From: a virus
Taxonomy: Duplodnaviria > Caudoviricetes
IMG/VR virus record: IMGVR_UViG_3300042431_000893
Span: 1 to 59,539 of that record
Length of the DNA stretch: 59,539 nucleotides
Strand: one strand, 5' to 3'
Of this stretch, positions 18,623 to 28,343 are shown piece after piece. Numbering within the stretch: the stretch's first letter is position 1; each line of letters begins with the position of its first letter. Made by a program: the position numbers and the translations under genes. The notes beneath the pieces were generated by a model. The model was not told the origin of the DNA and searched no databases. It saw only the letters and a program-made list of their open reading frames with translations.

Positions 18623-19948
18623 ATGGAAAGCTATTTTAGTTTTTCTGAACCACTTAATTCTGGTATAGATTTTTATAGAGCAGATGATTATGTCATCATT
18701 GATGCATCCATAGATATCACTAGCAATGTAAGTGCCATTTTTATTAAAACAGCTTTTGCTCAAATTAGCATTTCTGGCGCTCTTGATACAACACTTAATG
18801 CAGTCTTTGAAAGACAAGATGCGTTGTCAAATATTAATATTTCTTCTGATGTTGTTGTCTCAATAACAAAATTTGCACGCTCTGCAAGTAATATTGCCGG
18901 CTCTACGGTTGTGTCCACAGATATAGAGAAGATAGCCCTAGCTTCATCTGTTCAAAGTGGTGATGTTGTAGCGTCATTTGATTCAGAAAAAATTGCGTTT
19001 AGCGTTTCTGCGATAAACGATAGCTCAGTTAATGTAACAACAAGTATTGTCAAAACAGCACAAGCCGTTGTGAATATTTCTGGATTGCTAGATGTTGAAT
19101 TATTAGCTGTCTTTGAAAGACAAGATGGAACTGTAGCTATTTCTAGTAATGTTAGCGTTACTGTTGAAATGCAAAAAATTGCATTTGGTGAACTTGATGA
19201 AACCGCTGGAGCTGCAGCATCAGATATCACTATTAATGTTACAAAAATTGCTATCTCTAACTCCACTGTTAGTGGCGATGTGACTCTAGCTAATACATCA
19301 ATTATAAAACAAGCTCGTGCAGTGTCTGCTTTGTCGGTTCAATCTAATGCTGTAAGTACAATTGGCAAGATTTCATTCCTGAACGCAGCGCTATCTGGAA
19401 CAGTAAACCTTACAACTGCTGGAAGAATATTCTTAGCTACAATTAGAATTAATGTTCTAAACAACACTAATATTGTAGTTAAGCCAATTAGATTTAGCGC
19501 CAATGTTGTTTCCGATAACACTATTATAAGAAATCTATTATTACTTGATAATAAGTCATTGACTAATCAAACAAGAACTTTTGCTATTAACGCAACACCT
19601 AAATTTATTGAAAATGAAAACTGGCAGGGCAATGTATCCCGATACTACAAAAATACATCTGCATCAAAAGGTGCAAAAAGAACATTTAATCTTGATTGGT
19701 CTTTTATCCCCAACGAAGCAAGTTTTACAGTTGATTTAAGAGAATCTAGAAATTTCTTAAAACAAATTGCCCAGGATTCAGATGTGCATAGTTTGACAAT
19801 CATCAATCAAGATGTTAATGGCGTTACTCCATATACAGAAGATGATATTGATGTTTTTATAACAAGTTATAGTGAAACTTTAATTAGAAGAGATTTATCA
19901 AGCGAATCATACTATTTTTCGTGTAATATGGTATTAGAGGAAGCTTAA
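18623..19948 (+). CDS. Minor tail protein: repeat region plus Dit-like C-terminal domain
   Basis: AVFERQD twice and recurring KIA units; C-terminus paralogous to 18206-18622 (SYSETLIRRDL). Confidence 0.6.
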   Translation: MESYFSFSEPLNSGIDFYRADDYVIIDASIDITSNVSAIFIKTAFAQISISGALDTTLNAVFERQDALSNINISSDVVVSITKFARSASNIAGSTVVSTDIEKIALASSVQSGDVVASFDSEKIAFSVSAINDSSVNVTTSIVKTAQAVVNISGLLDVELLAVFERQDGTVAISSNVSVTVEMQKIAFGELDETAGAAASDITINVTKIAISNSTVSGDVTLANTSIIKQARAVSALSVQSNAVSTIGKISFLNAALSGTVNLTTAGRIFLATIRINVLNNTNIVVKPIRFSANVVSDNTIIRNLLLLDNKSLTNQTRTFAINATPKFIENENWQGNVSRYYKNTSASKGAKRTFNLDWSFIPNEASFTVDLRESRNFLKQIAQDSDVHSLTIINQDVNGVTPYTEDDIDVFITSYSETLIRRDLSSESYYFSCNMVLEEA

Positions 19949-22900
19949 TGTTAACAACAGGATATTACGGTAATACTATTTCATCTGACTTTAACAATTC
20001 TATTGTTGCAAAGGGTCAGAAAGTTAAACCAAAAATTATTGTAAATTGGCTTGACAGTAGACACTTAAGTAATTTAGTAGTAACTACTAACGATGATTAT
20101 TCTAACACATCTTACCCCAATCGCGGGTTTTATTTTAGTAAGTCAGAAGCTTTTAATGGCATAGAGAGACAGTCTTTTACATGGGGTGTAGCTGGGGCTA
20201 AGGATGAGGATGGCGATGTTATAAGAGCAGATGGTAGCTATTATGCTATGCCTTCTTTAACAACCAGCGATCTATCAAATACTCATATCGGAAGCTCTTT
20301 GGAGTTCGGGTGGTGGTCAAACACTGCAAGCACAGCCAATACTTCCAATACATACTCTGGTTATACATTCACTACAGCCCCTTATGTTCAAGCGGTTTTT
20401 GATGAAAGAAAAGTTAACAAAGTTAGAATCATTACTTCGGAGTTGTATGGCCAGATATCTGATTATACCCTAGAGGCTTACAATGCCAATACCCTTGTCC
20501 TTTCAGAAACTGGCCGGATTGCAAATGGCTCGTATTATCAAGACCATTTTATCTCGACTGCTTTATCTACACAGAATATAACTAAAATTAAAGTTACTGT
20601 GCATAGCACAAAAAACCCAACTGATTACGCAAGGATTCAAGAAATTGTTCCTCTGTACCAGCTTGATATGAGCGACTATGTGCAAGATTACTCAATCGCT
20701 AGAGCAAGAGATGTTCATTCCACCAGTATGCCTATTGGCGGATCGGAAATTGCATCTGCTGATATTAGTTTTGATAACACAGGTAAGAAGTTTAATGTAT
20801 TTGATTCCACTTCTGATTTTGGCAAATATATACAAAAAGATTTAAAAGTAGAAATATATACAGGTTGGAGAATTAAAAAACCAACTACTGATTATATCAA
20901 TAGCCAATATCTTGAAACTTTCTTAAAAGCCAATATGAACACAACTACAACTACAGCTACAGTGAATGATGTTAGCGTGTTTTCTTCTGGCGGTGCTGGG
21001 AATTATTTTGTTGTTGTTATTGATGAAAATACTCAAAATGAAGAGTATGTATTGTGCTCCGGCACATCTGGTAGTTCCACGCTTAATATTGTTTCTAGAG
21101 GATATGGCGGGTCTGTTGCCAAATCGCATTCCATAAATGCAGTTGTTAAATTTGATATTTATGAATATGTTAAAAATGGAACTTTCTATGTTGATGAGTG
21201 GAATTCAAAATCTGGGGATATGTCTGTGTCAGCTAGTTTACAAGATTGGTCAAAATATCTTGCTGAAAGAACTGTCAGCTATGGTTTCTTTATTCAAAAT
21301 ATTACTGTTGGAGAAGCAGTTGAAAATTTATTGATGAGGGCTAACTTCCCTAAGAAAGATATTAAAAAACTTAGTCCATACAGAAAGGGGGCAATATCTC
21401 GTAACGCCATTGCAATGTATTCTTTTAATGAAGATACAGTTGATCGTAGCGGTAATGATATTGTGTCATCTTCTGGGTTACGAGCAAGATTCTGGGGAAT
21501 GCCAGAAAATCAAAGAGATATCTCTGTAAAAGATATCAAAGCGGATGCAATTGATAAAGAGCTTACTGAGTTAGATAAAGCTCTTGGCGAACTAGCTTTT
21601 GTATCTCCATCTTATATTGCTTTATCAAAAGATATTTCATCCAACTCAGCATACGCAGTTCAACTAGATGATTACTCTTTTACCGGTTTGAATTCAACTG
21701 TGTATACCGATTATTACAATGGAGTTTTTGATGGATTTTATATTCCAAAAGATAATGGTTCTCAAACAATTGTTGTGTATGTAAGAAGTGGTGGTGTAAG
21801 GGTTTTCTTGGATGACCATTTAATTTTAAATCAGTGGAAAACCAGTGCTTCTTTTACTCGCTATGAATCAAGCACACTTAATCTTATTGCTGGTGTTCCT
21901 AGAAAAATTCGTATTGAATTCTTCCATAACTGGAACAATACAGCCGGAACTCCAAGTTTTAAAATATATTTGTATAAATCAGTAAATGGAGCGGCGGATG
22001 TTTTAGTCCCTGCATCTGAATGCTGCACTATTGCGGCTATTGACTCTATTGGTTCAAGAAATCCTTCAGGGGTTATTACTGATAATGATGCGGTAAACCA
22101 TAGAAGTTCTGGTGTGTATATTGCTTCTCCAAAACTAAGTCAAGCGACAGGTCTTGTTTCAGACCCTAACAATAAAGCGGTTTTGCTTGAATCAAATGCA
22201 TATATCAGAACAGCTTTGCATACATCAATTAATTTAACAAACTCATCATCTCCGTTGTATACGGGTAAATGGTCAATTGAATTTTTTGCTAAGTTTAATA
22301 ATGGAGTTTTTTCTAGCAATGGAGAATACATTAGTAATTGGGCTAATGCATCTCCAACAACAGGATTTGAATTTTTTAACAATTCATCTTCAAATGGATT
22401 TAAGATAAGAACGCTTTCTAATTCTGTCGTAACTACAGAAACGGTATCATCAAACACAGCTTTATCAACAAGTGATTTTTCTCATATCATTACAACTTTT
22501 GATGGTACAACAATGTACTATTATGTAAATGGAGTATTAAAAGCAAACACTACTCTTGTCGGTACTCCTATTTCTTGGGCTAATACAAATATTACTATTG
22601 GAGGAAGAGGGGCTTCTTATACTGCTGGGACTGGGGAAGTCGCCCCCTCCACTATTAGAAGTTTTATTATTGATGAATTTGCTATCTATAATCAGTATCT
22701 TCCACTAATTGATGTTCAGGAAAGATACTCTGAGGCTTCAATACAGCCATTGACTACTTTTGGATATCTTTACGGCAATGATAATTCTATTCAAGAAATT
22801 ATAAATGACATTACATTTGCGGATTTAGGTAGAACATATGTTGATGAAGAGGGTAAGGCAAGATACGAACACTTCTACAGATTCTTTGAATCCTCAATTC

Positions 22901-23883
22901 CTCAACATGCAAATATTCAAGCAAATATTTCAGACAGTAGCCATATTATTTCAGCAGATTATGCTGTCCAATTACAATGCAACAAGGTTACAATTGCAAT
23001 CTCTTCATTGCAAAAAAATGCCTCTAAGGTGCAACCTCTTTGGCATGCTGAAGCAAATTCAAGCTTAATTTCAACAACGCTAACAGCAAATTTAACCTCA
23101 ACAGCAAATGTCGTGTTTGTTACATCAACAATTAGTCCTGATTTTTTGAAGTCTGGGTATATCAAAATTCAAGATGAGATTATTGAATACACTTCAAAAA
23201 CAAAAACTTCTTTTACTGGATTAAAGAGAGGTCAATTTCAAACTACAGCAGCGGCTCATATTATTAATGACGGTAATAATTCTAAAGTCAGAGAAGCTAG
23301 ATATTATAATATCAAATACGATAATTCTCCGGCTTTTAATATCAGAAAGCCTTTTATAACATCAATAGACATAGATGATCCACCACAAGCTGAAATTGTA
23401 AGATTCCTTCATCATGCTTATGGGGCTGAATTGATATTAGCTACTGCAAACACAGTGCCAGCAGGCGAAGTTGTTGTTCTTGAGGGTGAAAATCCTAAAA
23501 CTAAATATCAAAACTCAACATCCCTTGCCGGTGTTGTTGTTGAGATATCAGAAAAAAATGGTCAAATTAAAGAACAATCTTCTGTAAATAGTGAAAGCAT
23601 AAAAAAATATGGGTTAAAAGATATTGATATTTCTAGCCCATTTATTAATGACACTGTTCATGCTCAAAGATTAGCAGAATTAATTATTTCAAAAACACAA
23701 ATACCTGTTCCTATTTTAAATATAAACACTATAGCAATGCCAAAGGTTCAATTGGGTGATAGAATTAGAATATCCAATGTGACAGCTTTAGGTATATCTA
23801 ATACTGATTATTGGGTAATTTCGCATCAATTGAGTGTAGGCAGTACTGTAACTCAAACTATGGTGCTAAGGCAGGTCAGTTAA
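19948..23883 (+). CDS. Tail tip/baseplate hub protein with PA14-like and LamG/ConA-like domains
   Basis: GGVRVFLDDHLILNQW...KIRIEF (PA14-like); WSIEFF...HIITTFDGTTMYYYVNG...IDEFAIYN (LamG); ESIKKYG and QLGDRI hub motifs. Confidence 0.8.
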   Translation: MLTTGYYGNTISSDFNNSIVAKGQKVKPKIIVNWLDSRHLSNLVVTTNDDYSNTSYPNRGFYFSKSEAFNGIERQSFTWGVAGAKDEDGDVIRADGSYYAMPSLTTSDLSNTHIGSSLEFGWWSNTASTANTSNTYSGYTFTTAPYVQAVFDERKVNKVRIITSELYGQISDYTLEAYNANTLVLSETGRIANGSYYQDHFISTALSTQNITKIKVTVHSTKNPTDYARIQEIVPLYQLDMSDYVQDYSIARARDVHSTSMPIGGSEIASADISFDNTGKKFNVFDSTSDFGKYIQKDLKVEIYTGWRIKKPTTDYINSQYLETFLKANMNTTTTTATVNDVSVFSSGGAGNYFVVVIDENTQNEEYVLCSGTSGSSTLNIVSRGYGGSVAKSHSINAVVKFDIYEYVKNGTFYVDEWNSKSGDMSVSASLQDWSKYLAERTVSYGFFIQNITVGEAVENLLMRANFPKKDIKKLSPYRKGAISRNAIAMYSFNEDTVDRSGNDIVSSSGLRARFWGMPENQRDISVKDIKADAIDKELTELDKALGELAFVSPSYIALSKDISSNSAYAVQLDDYSFTGLNSTVYTDYYNGVFDGFYIPKDNGSQTIVVYVRSGGVRVFLDDHLILNQWKTSASFTRYESSTLNLIAGVPRKIRIEFFHNWNNTAGTPSFKIYLYKSVNGAADVLVPASECCTIAAIDSIGSRNPSGVITDNDAVNHRSSGVYIASPKLSQATGLVSDPNNKAVLLESNAYIRTALHTSINLTNSSSPLYTGKWSIEFFAKFNNGVFSSNGEYISNWANASPTTGFEFFNNSSSNGFKIRTLSNSVVTTETVSSNTALSTSDFSHIITTFDGTTMYYYVNGVLKANTTLVGTPISWANTNITIGGRGASYTAGTGEVAPSTIRSFIIDEFAIYNQYLPLIDVQERYSEASIQPLTTFGYLYGNDNSIQEIINDITFADLGRTYVDEEGKARYEHFYRFFESSIPQHANIQANISDSSHIISADYAVQLQCNKVTIAISSLQKNASKVQPLWHAEANSSLISTTLTANLTSTANVVFVTSTISPDFLKSGYIKIQDEIIEYTSKTKTSFTGLKRGQFQTTAAAHIINDGNNSKVREARYYNIKYDNSPAFNIRKPFITSIDIDDPPQAEIVRFLHHAYGAELILATANTVPAGEVVVLEGENPKTKYQNSTSLAGVVVEISEKNGQIKEQSSVNSESIKKYGLKDIDISSPFINDTVHAQRLAELIISKTQIPVPILNINTIAMPKVQLGDRIRISNVTALGISNTDYWVISHQLSVGSTVTQTMVLRQVS

Positions 23884-25139
23884 TGATAAATGAAAGCGGG
23901 GTGTCTTTTTATCCAGGTGGTGGTCATAACCATGACGGTGAGAACTCTACTTTAATTAATACATCTGTTTATTCTGTATACGACTTTCCTGTTCAAATTA
24001 TAGGAGATCCAAGTAGAACAGCTGACCAAATACGAAATTTAGACAGCTTTAAACAATTAATCATTGACACTGTAAATCAATCTATTATTGCTCCGTCAGG
24101 AATTGTATTTCAACAAGGAATGATTAATGGTTCAGCGCATATTATATCAAGATCAATTGAAGCTCAATCTATTGTGGCAGGTACACTTACAGCAAATGAA
24201 ATTGCAGCTGGAACAATTACTGCTAATTTATTAGCGGCAAACATTGTTTTAGTCAATAATGTAATTAGTAGTAATAACTATGTCCCTGGTGTTTCTGGTT
24301 GGGTTATTAATAGTGATGGAAGTGCTGAATTTGATTTTGCTGTAATTAGAGGCACGGTTGTAGCTGATTCTATATATATCAATGCTCTTAATTATTGGAA
24401 TTCTAATGGAACATTTTCTGTTGGCTCTGCTAATAATGTCATGTTTTATAACGGCACAAATCTGGAATTAACCGGAACAGTGACTGCAACAGCCGGTCAA
24501 ATTGCTGGATGGCAAATTGTTGGCGACAATCTTGAGACTGGTGGTAATTTTTCTGGCTCAATGCAATTAGGTGAGTTTACGCAAACAAACGGAGCAGCCG
24601 GTGTTTTTATTGAGGGTGCAGCCTTTGGAAGTCTTTATGGTGAAACAATATTAGTTGGCGGGGGATTAGATTTATCCTTGAAAGATCAATCAAATACAAT
24701 TACGACTTCTTATACTTATGCTGGGTCGGCATACAGGTACGGACCTGAGTATTTTGAATTTTATTACGATGCAAATGACGATCAGCTTTACGCATATATA
24801 GATGGATATCAGTATTGCATACAGAAATGTGGCGCAAGCCCTACCCCAACACCTACTCCGACTCCAACAGCTCCCACTCCAACTCCGGTAGCTCCGACTC
24901 CGGTAGCTCCGACTCCGGTAGCTCCGACTCCGGTAGCTCCGACTCCAACAGCTCCAACTCCAGTTCCTTACGGTGGCCCTGGACCTGGGCCAACGCCAGT
25001 ATCAGAGCCAACACCTGTTGCACCAACTCCAGTTCCGGTAGCCCCAACACCGGTAGCCCCAACACCGGTATTTGTACCAGGCTGCTCTCCCCCATGTCCA
25101 CAAGACTTTATTTGCGTAGATGGATTCTGCATTGGTTAA
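23883..25139 (+). CDS. Tail fibre/receptor-binding protein with Pro/Thr-repeat, Cys-rich C-terminus
   Basis: Start moved to ATG 23883 (TAATG overlap); AGTLTANEIAAGTITA, SNNYVPGVSGWVINSDGSAEF and GQIAGW fibre motifs. Confidence 0.75.
   Translation: MINESGVSFYPGGGHNHDGENSTLINTSVYSVYDFPVQIIGDPSRTADQIRNLDSFKQLIIDTVNQSIIAPSGIVFQQGMINGSAHIISRSIEAQSIVAGTLTANEIAAGTITANLLAANIVLVNNVISSNNYVPGVSGWVINSDGSAEFDFAVIRGTVVADSIYINALNYWNSNGTFSVGSANNVMFYNGTNLELTGTVTATAGQIAGWQIVGDNLETGGNFSGSMQLGEFTQTNGAAGVFIEGAAFGSLYGETILVGGGLDLSLKDQSNTITTSYTYAGSAYRYGPEYFEFYYDANDDQLYAYIDGYQYCIQKCGASPTPTPTPTPTAPTPTPVAPTPVAPTPVAPTPVAPTPTAPTPVPYGGPGPGPTPVSEPTPVAPTPVPVAPTPVAPTPVFVPGCSPPCPQDFICVDGFCIG
24882..24946 (+). repeat. Perfect 15-bp tandem repeat ACTCCGGTAGCTCCG x4 (TPVAP)
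   Basis: Read directly; lies inside a degenerate Pro/Thr tract at about 24840-25070. Confidence 0.9.
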
Positions 25140-25164
25140 TGGTATACTTTAATAAAGGAGAAAT

Positions 25165-25365
25165 ATGGCTACTAGAAGATTTGTTTTAATTGCAGAAGGT
25201 GATGTGTTTATGCAAGTTCAATTTGATGATGAAATTTCTTCGCCCAGCGCTGCTGCGTGGGCTGCTGGTTTAGCGAGCAATCCTACGGTGATTGAAGTAA
25301 CGGATCAACCAAATGTTGTCCCTGGCTGGGCTTGGAATGGGGATTCTTTTACACCACCACAATGA
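25165..25365 (+). CDS. Small hypothetical, possible fibre-assembly protein
   Basis: AAGGAG RBS, TGGTATACT upstream; C-terminal GWAWNGDSFTPP motif. Confidence 0.6.
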   Translation: MATRRFVLIAEGDVFMQVQFDDEISSPSAAAWAAGLASNPTVIEVTDQPNVVPGWAWNGDSFTPPQ

Positions 25366-26399
25366 ATTCTCCTTGGAGAGAACATAATATAAATTTAAAT
25401 TCTCACAATGCATTTCGTTTATGGAATGGTGGATTATTTAATCAATTAATAACTTTAGAAATAGCGATTGGTATATCATATTTTCTCAAAACTCCAATAT
25501 ATATACATGACATGAGAAAGCTACCGAGCCTGTCAGAATCTTTTGAAAATAAAATTAATTACATTACAGATTTTATAGATACATCGTCTTTTGATAACAT
25601 ATTTTTTTCAAAAAAAATTATTGAACATCCATCAAGTAAGCAATACCATATAAAAAACTTAATGAACGCTTTTATCCCGGTTTCTGACGGAGATGAGAAA
25701 ATACAAGAATTTGCTGAAGGTCGAGATAAACTGATAATTGATAAAGATAAATTTTATTATTTTAATAATAATTTATCATATTATTCTATTATGTTTTATA
25801 ACAGAACAAGTTCTTTTGATGAATATTTAAAAAAGTTAAAATTTAAACAAGAATATATTGATTTGGCAAATACAATTTCATCTTCAATAGGTGAATTTTC
25901 TGGTATACATTTAAGACAGACCGATTTTGCACAAACAATTTATTCAGTTACAGAACAAGAATATAATGATGCAATTAATTTTTTAAAAATAAACAACAGT
26001 TTAATTATTACATGCACTGATAATCTTAAATCATCAATTGCTATTGATGATGGTCGTGTTTTATATATAGACAATTTAATTAAAGATAATTTTTTAAATG
26101 AATTTAAACAACTATCAATAACAAGTAAAATATCTTTTGATTTAATTTGTATGCTAGTAATGTGTAATGCAAAAGATTTTATTGGAACAATAGGTAGCAC
26201 TTATTCTGGTTTAATACATAGAGCAATAAATCAAAAAAATAATAATATTCATCATTGGAAAAACATGGGTGATAGTAGTTCAGTGAATAGTTTGCCATTT
26301 TCTTGGAATTCTTATGATACAATATCAATAGGTAAAAAATTATGGTGGCGAGAATGGAAGGAAAGTTATATGGGAGGCTGTGATGTCAGCTTGGTCTGA
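25362..26399 (+). CDS. O-fucosyltransferase-like glycosyltransferase
   Basis: GGLFNQ, GIHLRQTDF, CTD and DFIGTIGSTYS motifs of the GDP-fucose transferase superfamily; ATGA overlap start. Confidence 0.75.
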   Translation: MNSPWREHNINLNSHNAFRLWNGGLFNQLITLEIAIGISYFLKTPIYIHDMRKLPSLSESFENKINYITDFIDTSSFDNIFFSKKIIEHPSSKQYHIKNLMNAFIPVSDGDEKIQEFAEGRDKLIIDKDKFYYFNNNLSYYSIMFYNRTSSFDEYLKKLKFKQEYIDLANTISSSIGEFSGIHLRQTDFAQTIYSVTEQEYNDAINFLKINNSLIITCTDNLKSSIAIDDGRVLYIDNLIKDNFLNEFKQLSITSKISFDLICMLVMCNAKDFIGTIGSTYSGLIHRAINQKNNNIHHWKNMGDSSSVNSLPFSWNSYDTISIGKKLWWREWKESYMGGCDVSLV

Positions 26400-26610
26400 A
26401 TATAAAAAGAAAATAGGAGAATCAAGACCTTGGCATTTGCTGGATTCAAGTACACAAAAAGCTAGCGCAGAAGAAGCCAATAGAAGATACGATATTTGTT
26501 TATCTTGTGATAGGTTAATTAAATTAACAAAACAATGTAAAGAATGTGGTTGTATTATGCTAGCTAAAACTAAATTACAAAATGCAACATGTCCACTTAA
26601 TAAATGGTAA
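26383..26610 (+). CDS. Small Cys-rich protein (DUF6171-like)
   Basis: RYDICLSC...QCKECGC...KTKL..ATCPLNKW. Confidence 0.7.
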   Translation: MSAWSEYKKKIGESRPWHLLDSSTQKASAEEANRRYDICLSCDRLIKLTKQCKECGCIMLAKTKLQNATCPLNKW

Positions 26611-27158
26611 ATATGGTTTTACAAGACCCTTTTGTAATTTCAAATATATTTGATAATATTTACTTTAATGCACTACAAAAATATGCAATGGACCTTTGGG
26701 CTAATGATGATGGGTCAGCTTTTTCTGAGGGGTTTGGAAGATATCAATGGGCTAATACTGAAATTTTAAATGAAGGTTCAGAGTTGCTTTTGCCTATGGC
26801 TAAAGAAAAATTTAAAAGTAATACACTAAAACCATCATGGAATTTACTAGTTACTTATCAAACAGAAAAAGCAAAATTATGGAAACATAAAGACGATAAT
26901 GCTTGTACATACACTATTGATTATTGTTTATTTCAAAAAACACCATGGGATCTATGGGTTGAAAATAAACCATATTCTTTAAATGAAAACCAAGCCCTTT
27001 TTATGTATGGATGCGATCAGGAGCATTGGAGGGAAGATTTCCCATCGCCAGAAAATAACTTGACTTCATATGTGTTTTATTTCTTTTGTGAACCAGACCA
27101 TTGGTATTTTACAAAAGGTCCATCTTATTTGGATAGAGTTATTAGAGCAAAGAAATAA
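26604..27158 (+). CDS. 2OG-Fe(II) oxygenase superfamily protein
   Basis: Y.....L.KHKD (HxD) and distal H in GCDQEHWRE. Confidence 0.75.
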   Translation: MVNMVLQDPFVISNIFDNIYFNALQKYAMDLWANDDGSAFSEGFGRYQWANTEILNEGSELLLPMAKEKFKSNTLKPSWNLLVTYQTEKAKLWKHKDDNACTYTIDYCLFQKTPWDLWVENKPYSLNENQALFMYGCDQEHWREDFPSPENNLTSYVFYFFCEPDHWYFTKGPSYLDRVIRAKK

Positions 27159-27175
27159 TGAGGTATAATAGATAA

Positions 27176-27859
27176 ATGGCATATGAGAACTACTCCCAGG
27201 TCTCCTGGACAGACGGAACCCCGATCACTGGTGACAGATTGCAACAGATGTCAACCAATACTCAGCAAGTAAAAGAAGCTACTGATGATGCCCCACAAGG
27301 CGTAAAGAAAATTAAATCAGTTGCTTCTGCGAGTAGTGCTTTCTCAAACTTTGCAACTTATAATGAAATTATCTCTCTTAAAGACGATACCGGTACTGGC
27401 GGTACTGATAACAGAGTAAGCCTTGGGGCTTCTCGTTATTACCGAGTAACTTTAAATTTTACTGGCTTTGTTGTTGAAGCCAAAGGTGCTGAAGATGCGA
27501 CATATTCAGTAGCCGTTTATAACGGGTTGTTTGCATCCATCGGAGCGGCATCACAAATTTTGACTGCTGATTTCACTCCTCCAATTTTTGCTTTTATTAA
27601 CACAGCATCTCTTGGCGGGTCTGCGACTATTGCCAACATTGCATTAAGAAATGATGCATATGATAGTAAATTCGGTGCTTCTACATTATCAATTGTTCTA
27701 TCAACATCTTCTTCTGGCTTAACTAACCAATCTTTTTTTGCAGCAGTTAAGAGAGAACAAGGCGCTAGCTCAGCTAATGCGCCTAACTACTATGTTCCTG
27801 CTAGCTCCAGCGTAAAGCTTTTACAACTATATGTTGAAGATATTGGAGGCATTGCTTAA
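27176..27859 (+). CDS. Putative minor virion protein
   Basis: Y.QVSWTDGTPITGDRLQQM N-terminus, ends LYVEDIG; TATAAT 6 nt before ATG. Confidence 0.6.
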   Translation: MAYENYSQVSWTDGTPITGDRLQQMSTNTQQVKEATDDAPQGVKKIKSVASASSAFSNFATYNEIISLKDDTGTGGTDNRVSLGASRYYRVTLNFTGFVVEAKGAEDATYSVAVYNGLFASIGAASQILTADFTPPIFAFINTASLGGSATIANIALRNDAYDSKFGASTLSIVLSTSSSGLTNQSFFAAVKREQGASSANAPNYYVPASSSVKLLQLYVEDIGGIA

Positions 27860-27869
27860 CGCAAATTAA

Positions 27870-28283
27870 ATGGCTCTTGCTTCTCAAAGAAAAGATATAA
27901 GTTGGTCATCCAAAGCTGCTTCTGGAGAAGATAGTCCAAATTTTACTGGCGGTAAGTATATTGACGATAAAGGCTATGTGAGAGTCTTACGCCCAGAACA
28001 CCCAAAAAACATTCGGGGCTATGCTTATGAGCATAGGCTGGTTGTTGAAAAATACCTTGGTAGATTTCTTCAGGCATGGGAGACTGTACACCATATAAAC
28101 GAAGTAAAGCAAGATAATAGGCTGGATAATTTATTTTTGTGTTCTCATAAAGAACATAGCGCTTTGCATAAAGAAGGAACTGTAATGTCAATGGAACATC
28201 GTGAAAAAATGAGACAAACAGCTTATAATAATAAGCCTCATACTAAGAAAAAGAATTACGCAAAAAATATTAATTTTAGATAA
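27870..28283 (+). CDS. HNH endonuclease
   Basis: YEHRLVVEKYLGR...VHHINEVKQDNRLDNL. Confidence 0.9.
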   Translation: MALASQRKDISWSSKAASGEDSPNFTGGKYIDDKGYVRVLRPEHPKNIRGYAYEHRLVVEKYLGRFLQAWETVHHINEVKQDNRLDNLFLCSHKEHSALHKEGTVMSMEHREKMRQTAYNNKPHTKKKNYAKNINFR

Positions 28284-28343
28284 TAAAAGCGTTGGAATGC
28301 CTTTTCCATATGATAATATGTATTCCTACCCTATAGGAGATAC

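Noticed and set aside
24815-25189. Ser/Asp/Gly-repeat and ELPES-repeat ORFs
   Set aside because: Other frames of the 15-bp repeat; no independent start signals.
26604-27158. TET/JBP 5mC dioxygenase
   Set aside because: HxD...H is generic; I see no TET/JBP-specific features, and it lies in the tail module about 17 kb from the methyltransferase. A profile search would settle it.
27870-28283. HNH gene as part of a group I intron
   Set aside because: The flanking genes look complete and unrelated; it appears free-standing.
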